Source: Candidatus Nealsonbacteria bacterium RIFOXYB1_FULL_40_15 (GTDB taxonomy: Bacteria; Patescibacteriota; Minisyncoccia; Minisyncoccales; GWA2-38-27). From it: DNA of 64,000 bases. The notes beneath the pieces are model-generated. The model was not told the origin of the DNA and made no database searches. It was given only the letters and a program-made list of their open reading frames with translations. Below are positions 47,765 to 56,642 of this stretch, piece after piece; position 1 is the first letter of the stretch, and the number at the start of each line of letters is the position of its first letter. A program made the position numbers and the translations under genes. The DNA lies in NCBI GenBank assembly GCA_001821555.1, contig MHMM01000004.1:47525-111524 (forward strand), given 5' to 3'.

Positions 47765-48361
47765 CTACAGCAATTCTGCTAAATAATCTCTCCAAACAAT
47801 AGGAGGCCACCCCTGAATTTCTTGCGCAAGACCTCTTATCTTATCCAAATCAACAAGTTCCCCCTCCATTTTATCTTTTTCCCTTACAATTATATCGGGA
47901 CTGTCTCCTTCAAAGTGATAAATAATCCCAAGGTGGACTTTCTCCACTGGCCTAGAGTCGTCATTCAAAATTCCGACAAATTTTTTGTTGAGTATATTTC
48001 CTTTGAATTTCACTTCTTCAGACCACTCCCTCAGGACAGCGTTTTCTATGAATTCTCCCATTTCGTCTATCTCGTTTATATGCCCTCCCACCCCTAGTTG
48101 ATAGTTATTTACCAATCTTTTTTCTCCTGCTCCTTGAATATACTTATAAAGAAAAAACTTCTTTTGGAAGCTGAACAAAATATATGGAATTATCTGCTGA
48201 AAAGAAGGGTCTTCCTCTACATCCCCCCTTCTCATAAAAGAATAGTTGTTTTTTATAATATTAATGTAGTGTCCGAGGTCGTCTCTTTTCAGCCCCTGCC
48301 AGTATTCTTTCTCAAATATTTTTTCCCTTGGAACTACCAAAACTTTTTCATCTTCTTTCAT
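47765..48361 (-). CDS. NUDIX-family phosphoesterase (YmaB-like)
   Basis: E.DP..QQIIPY, GEKRL, GVGGHIN, REWSEEV, VHLG motifs. Confidence 0.85.
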   Translation of the reverse strand: MKEDEKVLVVPREKIFEKEYWQGLKRDDLGHYINIIKNNYSFMRRGDVEEDPSFQQIIPYILFSFQKKFFLYKYIQGAGEKRLVNNYQLGVGGHINEIDEMGEFIENAVLREWSEEVKFKGNILNKKFVGILNDDSRPVEKVHLGIIYHFEGDSPDIIVREKDKMEGELVDLDKIRGLAQEIQGWPPIVWRDYLAELL

Positions 48362-48876
48362 TTTCTTTCTAGGGTAACAAACGTATAGTTATACTTATTT
48401 TTCTCGTCTGATTTATTCTCAATCCTCTCCATTTCATTCCAATCGTCCCAATTAAATTTTGGGAAGAAAACATCGGCTTCTTTTATCTCTGCATCCACCA
48501 GAGTCAAATACATTTTATCTGCCATAGGTAAAAACTGCTTATACACCGAAGCTCCTCCGCAAATCATAACCTCTTTCGCATTTTCAGTTTTTTGAAGAGC
48601 ATCGTCTATGGAAAATGCCGTAATACAGCCCTCCAACTTAAGATTTTTATCTATAGTTAGGATTATATTAATCCTATCAGGCAAAGCCTTGCCTATGGAT
48701 TCAAACGTCCTTTGACCCATTATAACGGGTTTCCTCATTGTAATCTCCTTAAAATGTTTAAAATCGGCGGGCAGATGCCAAGGTAGTGAATTTTTTACAC
48801 CTAAAACATTATTCTTTCCAATGGCAGCAATAATAGAAATCGTTTGCTTGTTTTTTTCTTTTTTATCATTTATCAT
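48358..48876 (-). CDS. folA: Dihydrofolate reductase
   Basis: LPWHLPADFKHFK, IMG.RTFESIGKALPDR, GGASVY, DVFFP motifs. Confidence 0.96.
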   Translation of the reverse strand: MINDKKEKNKQTISIIAAIGKNNVLGVKNSLPWHLPADFKHFKEITMRKPVIMGQRTFESIGKALPDRINIILTIDKNLKLEGCITAFSIDDALQKTENAKEVMICGGASVYKQFLPMADKMYLTLVDAEIKEADVFFPKFNWDDWNEMERIENKSDEKNKYNYTFVTLERK

Positions 48877-48896
48877 AGAGTATAAATAAAGAATTT

Positions 48897-49442
48897 ATGA
48901 AAAAGAATAGCGAGAAGTCAATTGTTCTTGATTACGCAAAGCTCAAAGAAATTGTAGACGCGCACCGGATTTTAGGCCATAGAGTAGTTTGCACCGTAGG
49001 ATCTTGGGACATGCTCCATATAGGCCACTTGAGATATCTTAACAAGGCAAAAGATCAGGGAGATGTTCTTATAGTCGGCGTAGACAGCGACAGGGGCATT
49101 AAGCTGTATAAAAACGAACTAAGGCCGGTGATTCCGCAGGAAGAAAGAATGGAAATGCTAAGCTACCAAGACTGCGTAGATTACGTTACTTTAGTTGATG
49201 ATATCAACAACGATGGAAAATGGCAATATGACCTTATTAAGACAATAAATCCTGATATATTCATAACCACCGATTACAGCTACACCCAAGAACAAATTGA
49301 GGACATAAGAAAGCATTCAAAAGATGTTGTCGTCTTCCAAAGGCAAGCGGAAAACACCTCCACTACAGATATAATTGAAAGAACTATGAAAAAACACTTG
49401 GATGCCATAATGGGACAGTTAAATGGTAAAAAAAGTCAATGA
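48897..49442 (+). CDS. Cytidylyltransferase-like nucleotidyltransferase (RfaE-II/TagD superfamily)
   Basis: GSWDMLHIGH, VGVDSD, RP...EER, STT motifs. Confidence 0.88.
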   Translation: MKKNSEKSIVLDYAKLKEIVDAHRILGHRVVCTVGSWDMLHIGHLRYLNKAKDQGDVLIVGVDSDRGIKLYKNELRPVIPQEERMEMLSYQDCVDYVTLVDDINNDGKWQYDLIKTINPDIFITTDYSYTQEQIEDIRKHSKDVVVFQRQAENTSTTDIIERTMKKHLDAIMGQLNGKKSQ

Positions 49443-49864
49443 AAAAAGGTTTTGTCAATCTCAAAAATGCACGCAGGGGAGAATATAGCAAAGTAATCGA
49501 AGAAATCCAAAAAACCGGTAAATGCCCGTTTTGCAAAGAAAATTTCAAATACCATAAAAAACCCATCTACAAAAGAAGAGGATCCTGGTTGCTTACAAAT
49601 AACAGCTGGCCGTATAAAAATTCTGAAACTCATCTCATTATTTTAGGAGAAGAGCATAAAGAAAACTTCTCTGAAATAACTTCAAAAGACTTGGAGGCGA
49701 TTAGATTTTTGGCCAACTGGGCAATAAAAAAATTTAAAATCAAGGGCGGGGCCGTTGCCACACGTTTTGGAGATACAAATTATACGGGAGCTTCGGTCAG
49801 CCATATCCACTTCCATATAATTTCCCCTCAGAAAAAAAGGAGCGTAAATTTCCCTATAGGTTAG
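49439..49864 (+). CDS. HIT-family nucleotide hydrolase
   Basis: CPFC, WPY, HIHFHII motifs. Confidence 0.88.
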   Translation: MKKGFVNLKNARRGEYSKVIEEIQKTGKCPFCKENFKYHKKPIYKRRGSWLLTNNSWPYKNSETHLIILGEEHKENFSEITSKDLEAIRFLANWAIKKFKIKGGAVATRFGDTNYTGASVSHIHFHIISPQKKRSVNFPIG

Positions 49865-50682
49865 ACAGCTATATCTCCTTTGATTGAAGGATAGGGATCA
49901 TATCCTTCTAATTTGAAGTCCTCTAATTTAAAATTGAAGATATCTTTTATATCGGGGTTGAGAGTCATTTTGGGCAGGACCCTGGGTTCCCTTGTCAGTT
50001 GAAGTTTTACTTGTTCTATATGGTTCAGGTATATATGAGCATCCGACAACGTATGGACAAATTCGTGGGCTTTTAATCCTGTAACCTGTGCCATCATCGT
50101 TAAAAGAAGAGAATAAGAAGCAATGTTAAATGGCACTCCCAAAAAAATATCGCAGCTCCTTTGAAACAAGTGCAAAGATAATTTTCCGTTAGCCACAAAG
50201 AATTTAAAAAAGCAGTGGCATGGAGCTACAAAAACTTTATCCACGTCTTCCGGATCCCATGAGGTTACTACCAGCCGTCTTGAATCCGGAAATTTTTTAA
50301 TTTCATCTACGACATTTTTAATTTGATCTATGGCCCCGCCGTCTCTTTTTTTCCATCTCCTCCATTTTTCTCCGTATATAGGGCCCAGCTCTCCCGGAGG
50401 TAAGCCGTATCTTGCGCAGGATTCAGGGGTGGCCCATTCGTCCCAGATAGTAACCTTGTTATCCTGCAAGAATTTAACATTAGTATCCCCCCTTAAAAAC
50501 CAGAGTAATTCTATAATTATAGATTTAAGGGGCATTTTTTTGGTTGTCATCAACGGAAAACCGTCATCCATCCTAAATCTCATCTGGTAGCCGCAAACAG
50601 CTATGTTGCCCACTCCCTGGGGATCGCCCTTTCTTTCTCCATTTTTTAAAACATGATCTAATAGCTCTAAGTATTGTTTCAT
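49861..50682 (-). CDS. thyA: Thymidylate synthase
   Basis: [35 protein letters not shown] motifs. Confidence 0.97.
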   Translation of the reverse strand: MKQYLELLDHVLKNGERKGDPQGVGNIAVCGYQMRFRMDDGFPLMTTKKMPLKSIIIELLWFLRGDTNVKFLQDNKVTIWDEWATPESCARYGLPPGELGPIYGEKWRRWKKRDGGAIDQIKNVVDEIKKFPDSRRLVVTSWDPEDVDKVFVAPCHCFFKFFVANGKLSLHLFQRSCDIFLGVPFNIASYSLLLTMMAQVTGLKAHEFVHTLSDAHIYLNHIEQVKLQLTREPRVLPKMTLNPDIKDIFNFKLEDFKLEGYDPYPSIKGDIAV

Positions 50683-50758
50683 ACATCTTTTATAACAAAA
50701 AAGTGGGGGTAAAAAAAGCCCCCTCTTTCAAAAGGGGGCACTACTCTATCTTGATTTG

Positions 50759-51214
50759 TTATCCGATGGGAAAGTTGACGTGTTTCCCGGGAATAACCCT
50801 CCCTGTTTGTTCGTCGGTAACTGGAGCAATGAGGTGAAAATGAAGGTGTTTGATCGTAACTCCAGAATTCGTCCCAAATCTCACTGCCAATCCTCCGCCA
50901 ATTTTCAGGGTTGGATAGATTTTCATAGCCATAAAAATCAGGCTGTTGACCTCACCCCAATCGTTCTGTCCAACGTCCATAATGTCTTCAATGTGCCGAT
51001 TGGGAATAAGAATAAGGTGAACTTCGGCGTTCTCGTACGGCCACCGACACTCTATCATTGTCCACCAGTGCGTAGTAGCTACAAGTTTGTTGTCCCCCGG
51101 TAAATTGCAGAAAGGACACTTCTGATCCCTTTCCGCCTCCTCTAGGAGTTGTAGATAATTACCACTACTATCATCTTGATTCGCATATGTTGTGTCCACA
51201 ATCCTTCTTTCCAT
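50759..51214 (-). CDS. HIT-family nucleotide hydrolase (paralog of 49439..49864)
   Basis: CPFC, WPY, HLHFHLI; same VNFPIG C-terminus. Confidence 0.88.
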   Translation of the reverse strand: MERRIVDTTYANQDDSSGNYLQLLEEAERDQKCPFCNLPGDNKLVATTHWWTMIECRWPYENAEVHLILIPNRHIEDIMDVGQNDWGEVNSLIFMAMKIYPTLKIGGGLAVRFGTNSGVTIKHLHFHLIAPVTDEQTGRVIPGKHVNFPIG

Positions 51215-51264
51215 CTTCGGGTCCCTTCCTACATGTTAAAGAACTGGCTCAAATACGCTGAAAG

Positions 51265-52086
51265 TTATACTACCACATGTATGATCTTTAGCCCAGCAGA
51301 TTCCAATACTTTTTTAGCATCAAAGTTTGAACCTCCCTCTGCAAAGTAAACTCGTTTTATACCGGAGCATGCTATTATTTTAGCGCAAACAGGACAAGGA
51401 AAAGTGGTAACATAAATTGAAGAACCTTCTAAAGAAATGCCGCTTTTTGCCGCCTCTGCGACTATCCCCTGCTCTGCGTGTATTGTGCTGGCAATATCGT
51501 GCCTCTCTCCCGGCTTAAAAAAATCTCTCGGCTCTCCTAATTGATAGGGGGTGTGATCAGAAGGAATATCTTTATTATATCTTCTAATCAAGGTTTTCCC
51601 GTCTTTAACCAGAACCGCCCCTATTCTCCTCCACCATTCACTGCTTTTTTTAGATTCTTCTGTCGCTTCCTGCATCATTTTTATATCAAATTCATCTTTT
51701 GAAGCTTCTATATCCTCAAGCGGTTTCTCGCAAAGAATGCTATCTCTGTCCCAACGCAAGAAAACGCTGGCCCATTCAATTTCCATACTTTGCAAGTATT
51801 TTTTGTATAAGTTGCGGGAAATCTCGTCGTTTACTAAAATTACTTTTTTATCTTTAAAATTATTCAAATCAAGAACAGAGATATTCTCGTATCCCAAACT
51901 CAAAAGCAAACTTTTAATTTCATCAATTTTCAAACAGGCAATATCCGGCTCCCATTCGGAAAGACCATTAAGCAAGTTTCTGTTTATTAAAAAAACTTCG
52001 GAAACTTTTTCTTTATAATTTTCTAAAAAATCTAAATATCCCCGATGAATAACGGGGATATAAAGAATAAGAGATTTTTTCTCCAT
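51265..52086 (-). CDS. dCMP deaminase-family protein with an extra N-terminal domain
   Basis: HAE and PCPVC zinc motifs in the C-terminal half. Confidence 0.88.
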   Translation of the reverse strand: MEKKSLILYIPVIHRGYLDFLENYKEKVSEVFLINRNLLNGLSEWEPDIACLKIDEIKSLLLSLGYENISVLDLNNFKDKKVILVNDEISRNLYKKYLQSMEIEWASVFLRWDRDSILCEKPLEDIEASKDEFDIKMMQEATEESKKSSEWWRRIGAVLVKDGKTLIRRYNKDIPSDHTPYQLGEPRDFFKPGERHDIASTIHAEQGIVAEAAKSGISLEGSSIYVTTFPCPVCAKIIACSGIKRVYFAEGGSNFDAKKVLESAGLKIIHVVV

Positions 52087-52097
52087 GAAAAATGGGC

Positions 52098-52520
52098 CTA
52101 CTTTACTTCTATTCCCATGTTTTTGGCTGTTCCTTCTATAATTTTCATTGCCTGTCCTATATCATCAGTGTTAAGGTCAGCCATTTTCTTTTCGGCCACT
52201 TCTTTCAACTGGGCCTTTGTGATCACAGCCACTTTCTTTTTATTGGGAACCCCCGAACCCTTTTCTATCCCAAGGGTTTTCTTTATAAGCTCTGAAGCGG
52301 GAGGCTGTTTTAAAGCAAAGCTGTATGTCCTGTCTTCATATATTGTCACCTCCACCGGTATCTTAAATCCCATTTTGTCCTTAGTGGCTTCGTTGAATTT
52401 TTGGCAAAATTCAGATATATTGATGCCCTGGGGAGCCAAAGCAGGCCCTACCGGAGGCGCAGGATTTGCTTGCCCGGCCTTGATTTGAAGTTTAATTTTT
52501 ACTTTTACCTTTTTAGCCAT
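52098..52520 (-). CDS. rplK: 50S ribosomal protein L11
   Basis: [11 protein letters not shown]...GTAKNMG. Confidence 0.98.
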   Translation of the reverse strand: MAKKVKVKIKLQIKAGQANPAPPVGPALAPQGINISEFCQKFNEATKDKMGFKIPVEVTIYEDRTYSFALKQPPASELIKKTLGIEKGSGVPNKKKVAVITKAQLKEVAEKKMADLNTDDIGQAMKIIEGTAKNMGIEVK

Positions 52521-52538
52521 ATGCGAATGAAATGAGCA

Positions 52539-52635
52539 CCCCGCCCTCTATGCTCATAATTAAATTTATTAAATTTTGATAATATTGCAAACATATTCAA
52601 ACAAACAATTTCATGCGATAAATTAGAAGGCGGGG
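52539..52635. mobile_element. Gene-less element with the same inverted ends as the 12.5-kb GIY-YIG cassette
   Basis: CCCGCCCTCTATGCT (52540-52554) and TAGAAGGCGGGG (52624-52635) around an AT-rich filler. Confidence 0.65.
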
Positions 52636-52647
52636 TTTTCGCTCTGC

Positions 52648-53193
52648 TCAAATCTTTTTTATTTGTAATGAATCCAGTTCTACTGGAGTGTCTCTGCCGA
52701 AAAGATTAACAAGAACTTTTATCTTTCCCCTCTCCTGATCTATTTCTGAAACCTTTCCGTCAAAATCCTTGAAAGGCCCGTCTGTAATTTTTATATTATC
52801 TCCGGGCTTGACCTCTATCTTATATTGCGGCTCTTCAGATCCCATTCTTTTCTGAAGACTATCAATTTCTCCCTTTGAAACCGGCACAGGAGTAGTTCCG
52901 ACTCCGACAAATCCTGTCACATTAGGAGTATTTCTCACAACATACCAGGAGTCATCAGTTACTATCATCTCAACCAGCACGTATCCGGGGTATATTTTTT
53001 CTTCAACTATCTTTCTTTTTCCGGACTTTATTTTAATCTTTTTTTCTTTAGGAACTACAACGCTGAATATCTTATCTTCCATTCCTAAAGAATCAACTCT
53101 CTGTTTTAAGCTTTTTGCGACTGCATCTTCATACCCTGAATAAGTATGAATAACGTACCAGTTCTTTTCCTGCGGAAGCTGCTGTTTTGGCAT
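52648..53193 (-). CDS. nusG: Transcription termination/antitermination factor NusG
   Basis: WYVIHTYSGYE, YPGYVLV, KOW motif. Confidence 0.98.
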   Translation of the reverse strand: MPKQQLPQEKNWYVIHTYSGYEDAVAKSLKQRVDSLGMEDKIFSVVVPKEKKIKIKSGKRKIVEEKIYPGYVLVEMIVTDDSWYVVRNTPNVTGFVGVGTTPVPVSKGEIDSLQKRMGSEEPQYKIEVKPGDNIKITDGPFKDFDGKVSEIDQERGKIKVLVNLFGRDTPVELDSLQIKKI

Positions 53194-53384
53194 TAGATTA
53201 TGAAATAATTAATTAGGAGTTGGAATATATAGTCCAGCCCCCCCAAGAAAGCGGCTATAAAAATAGAAACCAAAACAACAATTAAAGTATATTTAACAGT
53301 CTCCTGCCTGGTGGGCCAATTGACTTTTTTGGTTTCCAGCCTTGCTTCTTTGATGAAGGATGCTGATTTATCTATAATGCTCAT
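53193..53384 (-). CDS. secE: Preprotein translocase SecE
   Basis: E.KKVNWPTR plus TM; directly upstream of nusG. Confidence 0.95.
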   Translation of the reverse strand: MSIIDKSASFIKEARLETKKVNWPTRQETVKYTLIVVLVSIFIAAFLGGLDYIFQLLINYFII

Positions 53385-53476
53385 GCTTTTATTTAAAAAG
53401 GCCTTCAGGGCCTGTTGCCTGTAATATTACTCCAAACCCTTGCCCTTGTCAATAATCTTATTTTATCAGAAGATTG

Positions 53477-55393
53477 CTATATATCCAAGTTTTTCACTTT
53501 ATCCGCATATGCCTGAATAAACTTTTTTCTCGGCAGGACTTCCCCTCCCATAAGCATATCAAACACCTTGTCTGCTGATTGCGCATCTTCTATATTAACC
53601 CTTATAAGGGTTCTGTTTTCGGGATTCAGCGTAGTTTCCCAAAGCTCTCCAGGATTCATTTCTCCTAGCCCTTTGTACCTCTGAATCATAGGATTTCCTG
53701 ATTTTTCTGTTTTCCTAACAATATCCTCTCTCCCCCTTTCTGTATAGGCATAATTTATCTGTTTGCCGATCTGTATTTTATACAATGGGGGCTGGGCTAT
53801 GTATAAGTATCCTTTTTCTATTATCGGCTTGAAATACCTATAAAACAAGGTCAACAGAAGCGTTCTTATATGATTTCCGTCAACATCGGCATCAGACATA
53901 ATAACAATCTTATGATATCTCAATCTTTCCAAAGAGAAATCTTCCCCTATCGCAGTTCCTAGGGCGATAACCAAGGCCCTTATTTCCTTTGAGGCCAGCA
54001 TTTTGTCTATTCTTGCTCTTTCTACATTCAATATTTTTCCTCTCAAAGGAAGAATTGCCTGAAATCTTCTATCTCTTCCCTGCCTGCCGGATCCTCCTGC
54101 AGATTCTCCCTCTACGATGTAAAGCTCCGAATCTTCCGGCTTTTTTGAAGAGCAATCTGCCAGTTTTCCCGGCAGAGCCAATCCCTCCAGAACTCCTTTT
54201 CTCAAGACTGTTTCTCTGGCTGCTTTTGCCGCTTTTCTTGCTCTTGCAGAAAGTATTGATTTTTCAATTATTGCTTTTGCGTCTTGCGGATTTCTTTCAA
54301 AGAAATCTGAAAGCCTCTCCGAGACTACCTGGTCTACGGCTGTCTTTGCTTCTACATTCCCCAACTTAGCTTTAGTCTGGCCCTCAAATTGAGGATCCCT
54401 TAATTTTACCGAGACAACAGCTGTGAGCCCTTCCCTTATATCCTCTCCCGAAAGCCCGCCCTCCATTCCTTTGAGCATATCGTTCTTTTTGGCATAATCA
54501 TTCAGGGTTCTCGTCAAAGCGGATCTAAAACCGGTAAGATGCATTCCGCCCTCTCCCGTATTTATATTATTAGCAAAGCTTTCTTCAAGACACTCAAACT
54601 CTTCGGTATACTGAAACGCCGCCTCAACCAATATGCCGTCCTTTTCTCCTTCGCAATAAAATATATTTTCGTGCCTAGAAGCAGAGTTTCCTATAAGGTA
54701 TTTGACATAAGATCCGAGGCCTCCTTCAAAATAAAAACTGTAATCCTCTTCTTTGCCCTTTTCTCTCTCGTCTCTAAAAAAAACCCTTATTCCCTTGCTT
54801 AGATAAGATTGCTGTCTCAAGTGGTTAAGTATTCTTTTTTTGCTGAACTCTATTTCCTTGAATATTTCAGGATCAGGCTCAAATATAATCGTAGTTCCTC
54901 TCTTAGAACATTTCCCCTCATTCTTAACTTTTGTCTTTACCTTTCCCTTTGAATATTCCTGGGCATGGATAAATCCATCCCGGCAAACTTCAGCCCTCAT
55001 CCAGCTTGAAAGGGCGCAAACTACAGAAACTCCCACTCCGTGCAATCCGCCTGATACCTTGTAGGCCTCGCCTCCAAACTTTCCACCGGCATGCAAAGTG
55101 GTCAATACTGTTTCTAGGGCGGACTTGCCCGTTTGGGGATGCTTATCCACCGGAATGCCTCTTCCGTCATCCACTGTTTTAACTCTGTTTTGGGGAAGAA
55201 GCGTTATGTATATGCTTTTTGCATATCCTGCCATATACTCGTCAAAAGAGTTGTCGGTAACCTCCCAAACGAGATGGTGCAATCCATCGGGCCCTGTGGA
55301 TCCTATATACATTCCGGGCCTTTTCCTTACAGGATCAAGGCCCTCCAAAACGTATATGTCTTTTGCTGAATAACTTTGGTTTTCTTTTGCCAT
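53477..55393 (-). CDS. gyrB: DNA gyrase subunit B (type IIA topoisomerase B subunit)
   Basis: VRKRPGMYIG, LHAGGKF, PLRGKILN, DADVDG, QRYKGLGEMN motifs. Confidence 0.93.
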   Translation of the reverse strand: MAKENQSYSAKDIYVLEGLDPVRKRPGMYIGSTGPDGLHHLVWEVTDNSFDEYMAGYAKSIYITLLPQNRVKTVDDGRGIPVDKHPQTGKSALETVLTTLHAGGKFGGEAYKVSGGLHGVGVSVVCALSSWMRAEVCRDGFIHAQEYSKGKVKTKVKNEGKCSKRGTTIIFEPDPEIFKEIEFSKKRILNHLRQQSYLSKGIRVFFRDEREKGKEEDYSFYFEGGLGSYVKYLIGNSASRHENIFYCEGEKDGILVEAAFQYTEEFECLEESFANNINTGEGGMHLTGFRSALTRTLNDYAKKNDMLKGMEGGLSGEDIREGLTAVVSVKLRDPQFEGQTKAKLGNVEAKTAVDQVVSERLSDFFERNPQDAKAIIEKSILSARARKAAKAARETVLRKGVLEGLALPGKLADCSSKKPEDSELYIVEGESAGGSGRQGRDRRFQAILPLRGKILNVERARIDKMLASKEIRALVIALGTAIGEDFSLERLRYHKIVIMSDADVDGNHIRTLLLTLFYRYFKPIIEKGYLYIAQPPLYKIQIGKQINYAYTERGREDIVRKTEKSGNPMIQRYKGLGEMNPGELWETTLNPENRTLIRVNIEDAQSADKVFDMLMGGEVLPRKKFIQAYADKVKNLDI

Positions 55394-55397
55394 AATT

Positions 55398-56543
55398 TTA
55401 ACGCAGAATTGCGTTTAGTTCCTGTTTTGTTTTTTCACGGATTTTCTCTTGGATTTCGTTCACTTCTTCGTTGGTCAAGGTTTTTTCGGGAGAGCGGTAA
55501 ACGATGCGGAAAGTATAGCTCTTCTTGTTCTCTCCAAACTTATTTTCATCTTCATAACTGTCTATGACCTTAACTTCTTCTATGAGATTTTTTGCAAAAT
55601 CCCTGACAATCTCATAGTAATTATTCAAGTTCATGTCTTTTTCAACGACAAAAGAGACATCCCTGGCTATTTTAGGATATTTGCTCACCTCTTTGAACTT
55701 GCTGTTTACATCTTTGAATTGGCTTGCGATCCTGGGGTCTTCCGACCACAGTATCCTTATATCCGGTATTTCCATTTTAACCATAGCCAGCCGGTCTATG
55801 CCAAAGCCAAAAGCCCATCCGTTGTATATTTCAGGATCCAATCCGAAGTTCTCCAAAACCTTTTTATGCACTAATCCGGCCCCGGTCACTTCCATCCACT
55901 CATCCTTGAACTTAATATCCAATTCCACGGAAGGATCTGTAAATGGAAACGAATCAACCAAAAACTTCCATTCCACATCTTCGCCGAAAATGCTTTTGGC
56001 AATCTCCACCTGTATATCCTCCAAATCCTTCTGGATTATGACTTTCTGGGATTTCTTGCAGATATACAGTCCGTCCACCTGGTGGAAGGCCGGGAAATGG
56101 TTCCTGTCTATTTCATCTTTTCTGAAAACTATGCCGGCCGACAAAGCTCCGATCCAGCCCCTTTCTTCAAGCTTATTCAAAACATCATTGTTCCTTAAAT
56201 AAAAAGGCCACATTACGGTTGTCTGGGTCCTCAAAACGTGCTCATCTGAAAAATAGTAAGTATCTGTTTCTCTCCGGCTGGGATGGTCTTTGGGAGTATT
56301 TAAAACATCGAAATTATCCTGAACCGCCACTATTTTGGGAAAATCAACCAGATCAAAATCTGAAAAATCAGGCAAATCTAAAATTCTATCCACGATAATC
56401 TTAATGGGAGAATTTTCTTTCTTGGTCAAATCGGGCAAATTCAAAAGCCGTTTGATCCTTTCGGCTTTGACGTCTTTTCTTTGATTTAAGCCCCTTGTCA
56501 GCTCCTCTTCTTGGGAATTTTGTATGGAAATAATCTCTCTCAT
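55398..56543 (-). CDS. Single-chain phenylalanine--tRNA ligase (alpha catalytic core fused to FDX-ACB domain)
   Basis: HPSR..DTYY, FR.DEID..HFPAFHQ, FPFT.PS.E, GWAFGFG.DRLAM, then YP...RDVSF...S.T.RIVYR. Confidence 0.9.
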   Translation of the reverse strand: MREIISIQNSQEEELTRGLNQRKDVKAERIKRLLNLPDLTKKENSPIKIIVDRILDLPDFSDFDLVDFPKIVAVQDNFDVLNTPKDHPSRRETDTYYFSDEHVLRTQTTVMWPFYLRNNDVLNKLEERGWIGALSAGIVFRKDEIDRNHFPAFHQVDGLYICKKSQKVIIQKDLEDIQVEIAKSIFGEDVEWKFLVDSFPFTDPSVELDIKFKDEWMEVTGAGLVHKKVLENFGLDPEIYNGWAFGFGIDRLAMVKMEIPDIRILWSEDPRIASQFKDVNSKFKEVSKYPKIARDVSFVVEKDMNLNNYYEIVRDFAKNLIEEVKVIDSYEDENKFGENKKSYTFRIVYRSPEKTLTNEEVNEIQEKIREKTKQELNAILR

Positions 56544-56642
56544 GCCTATGCCTCATTTTACCCCAAAACAAAACCGAATTCAACTATTATTGTTAATAAA
56601 AAGGGGCGGTAAAATCAATCACCGCCCCTAAGACCTTCGGGT

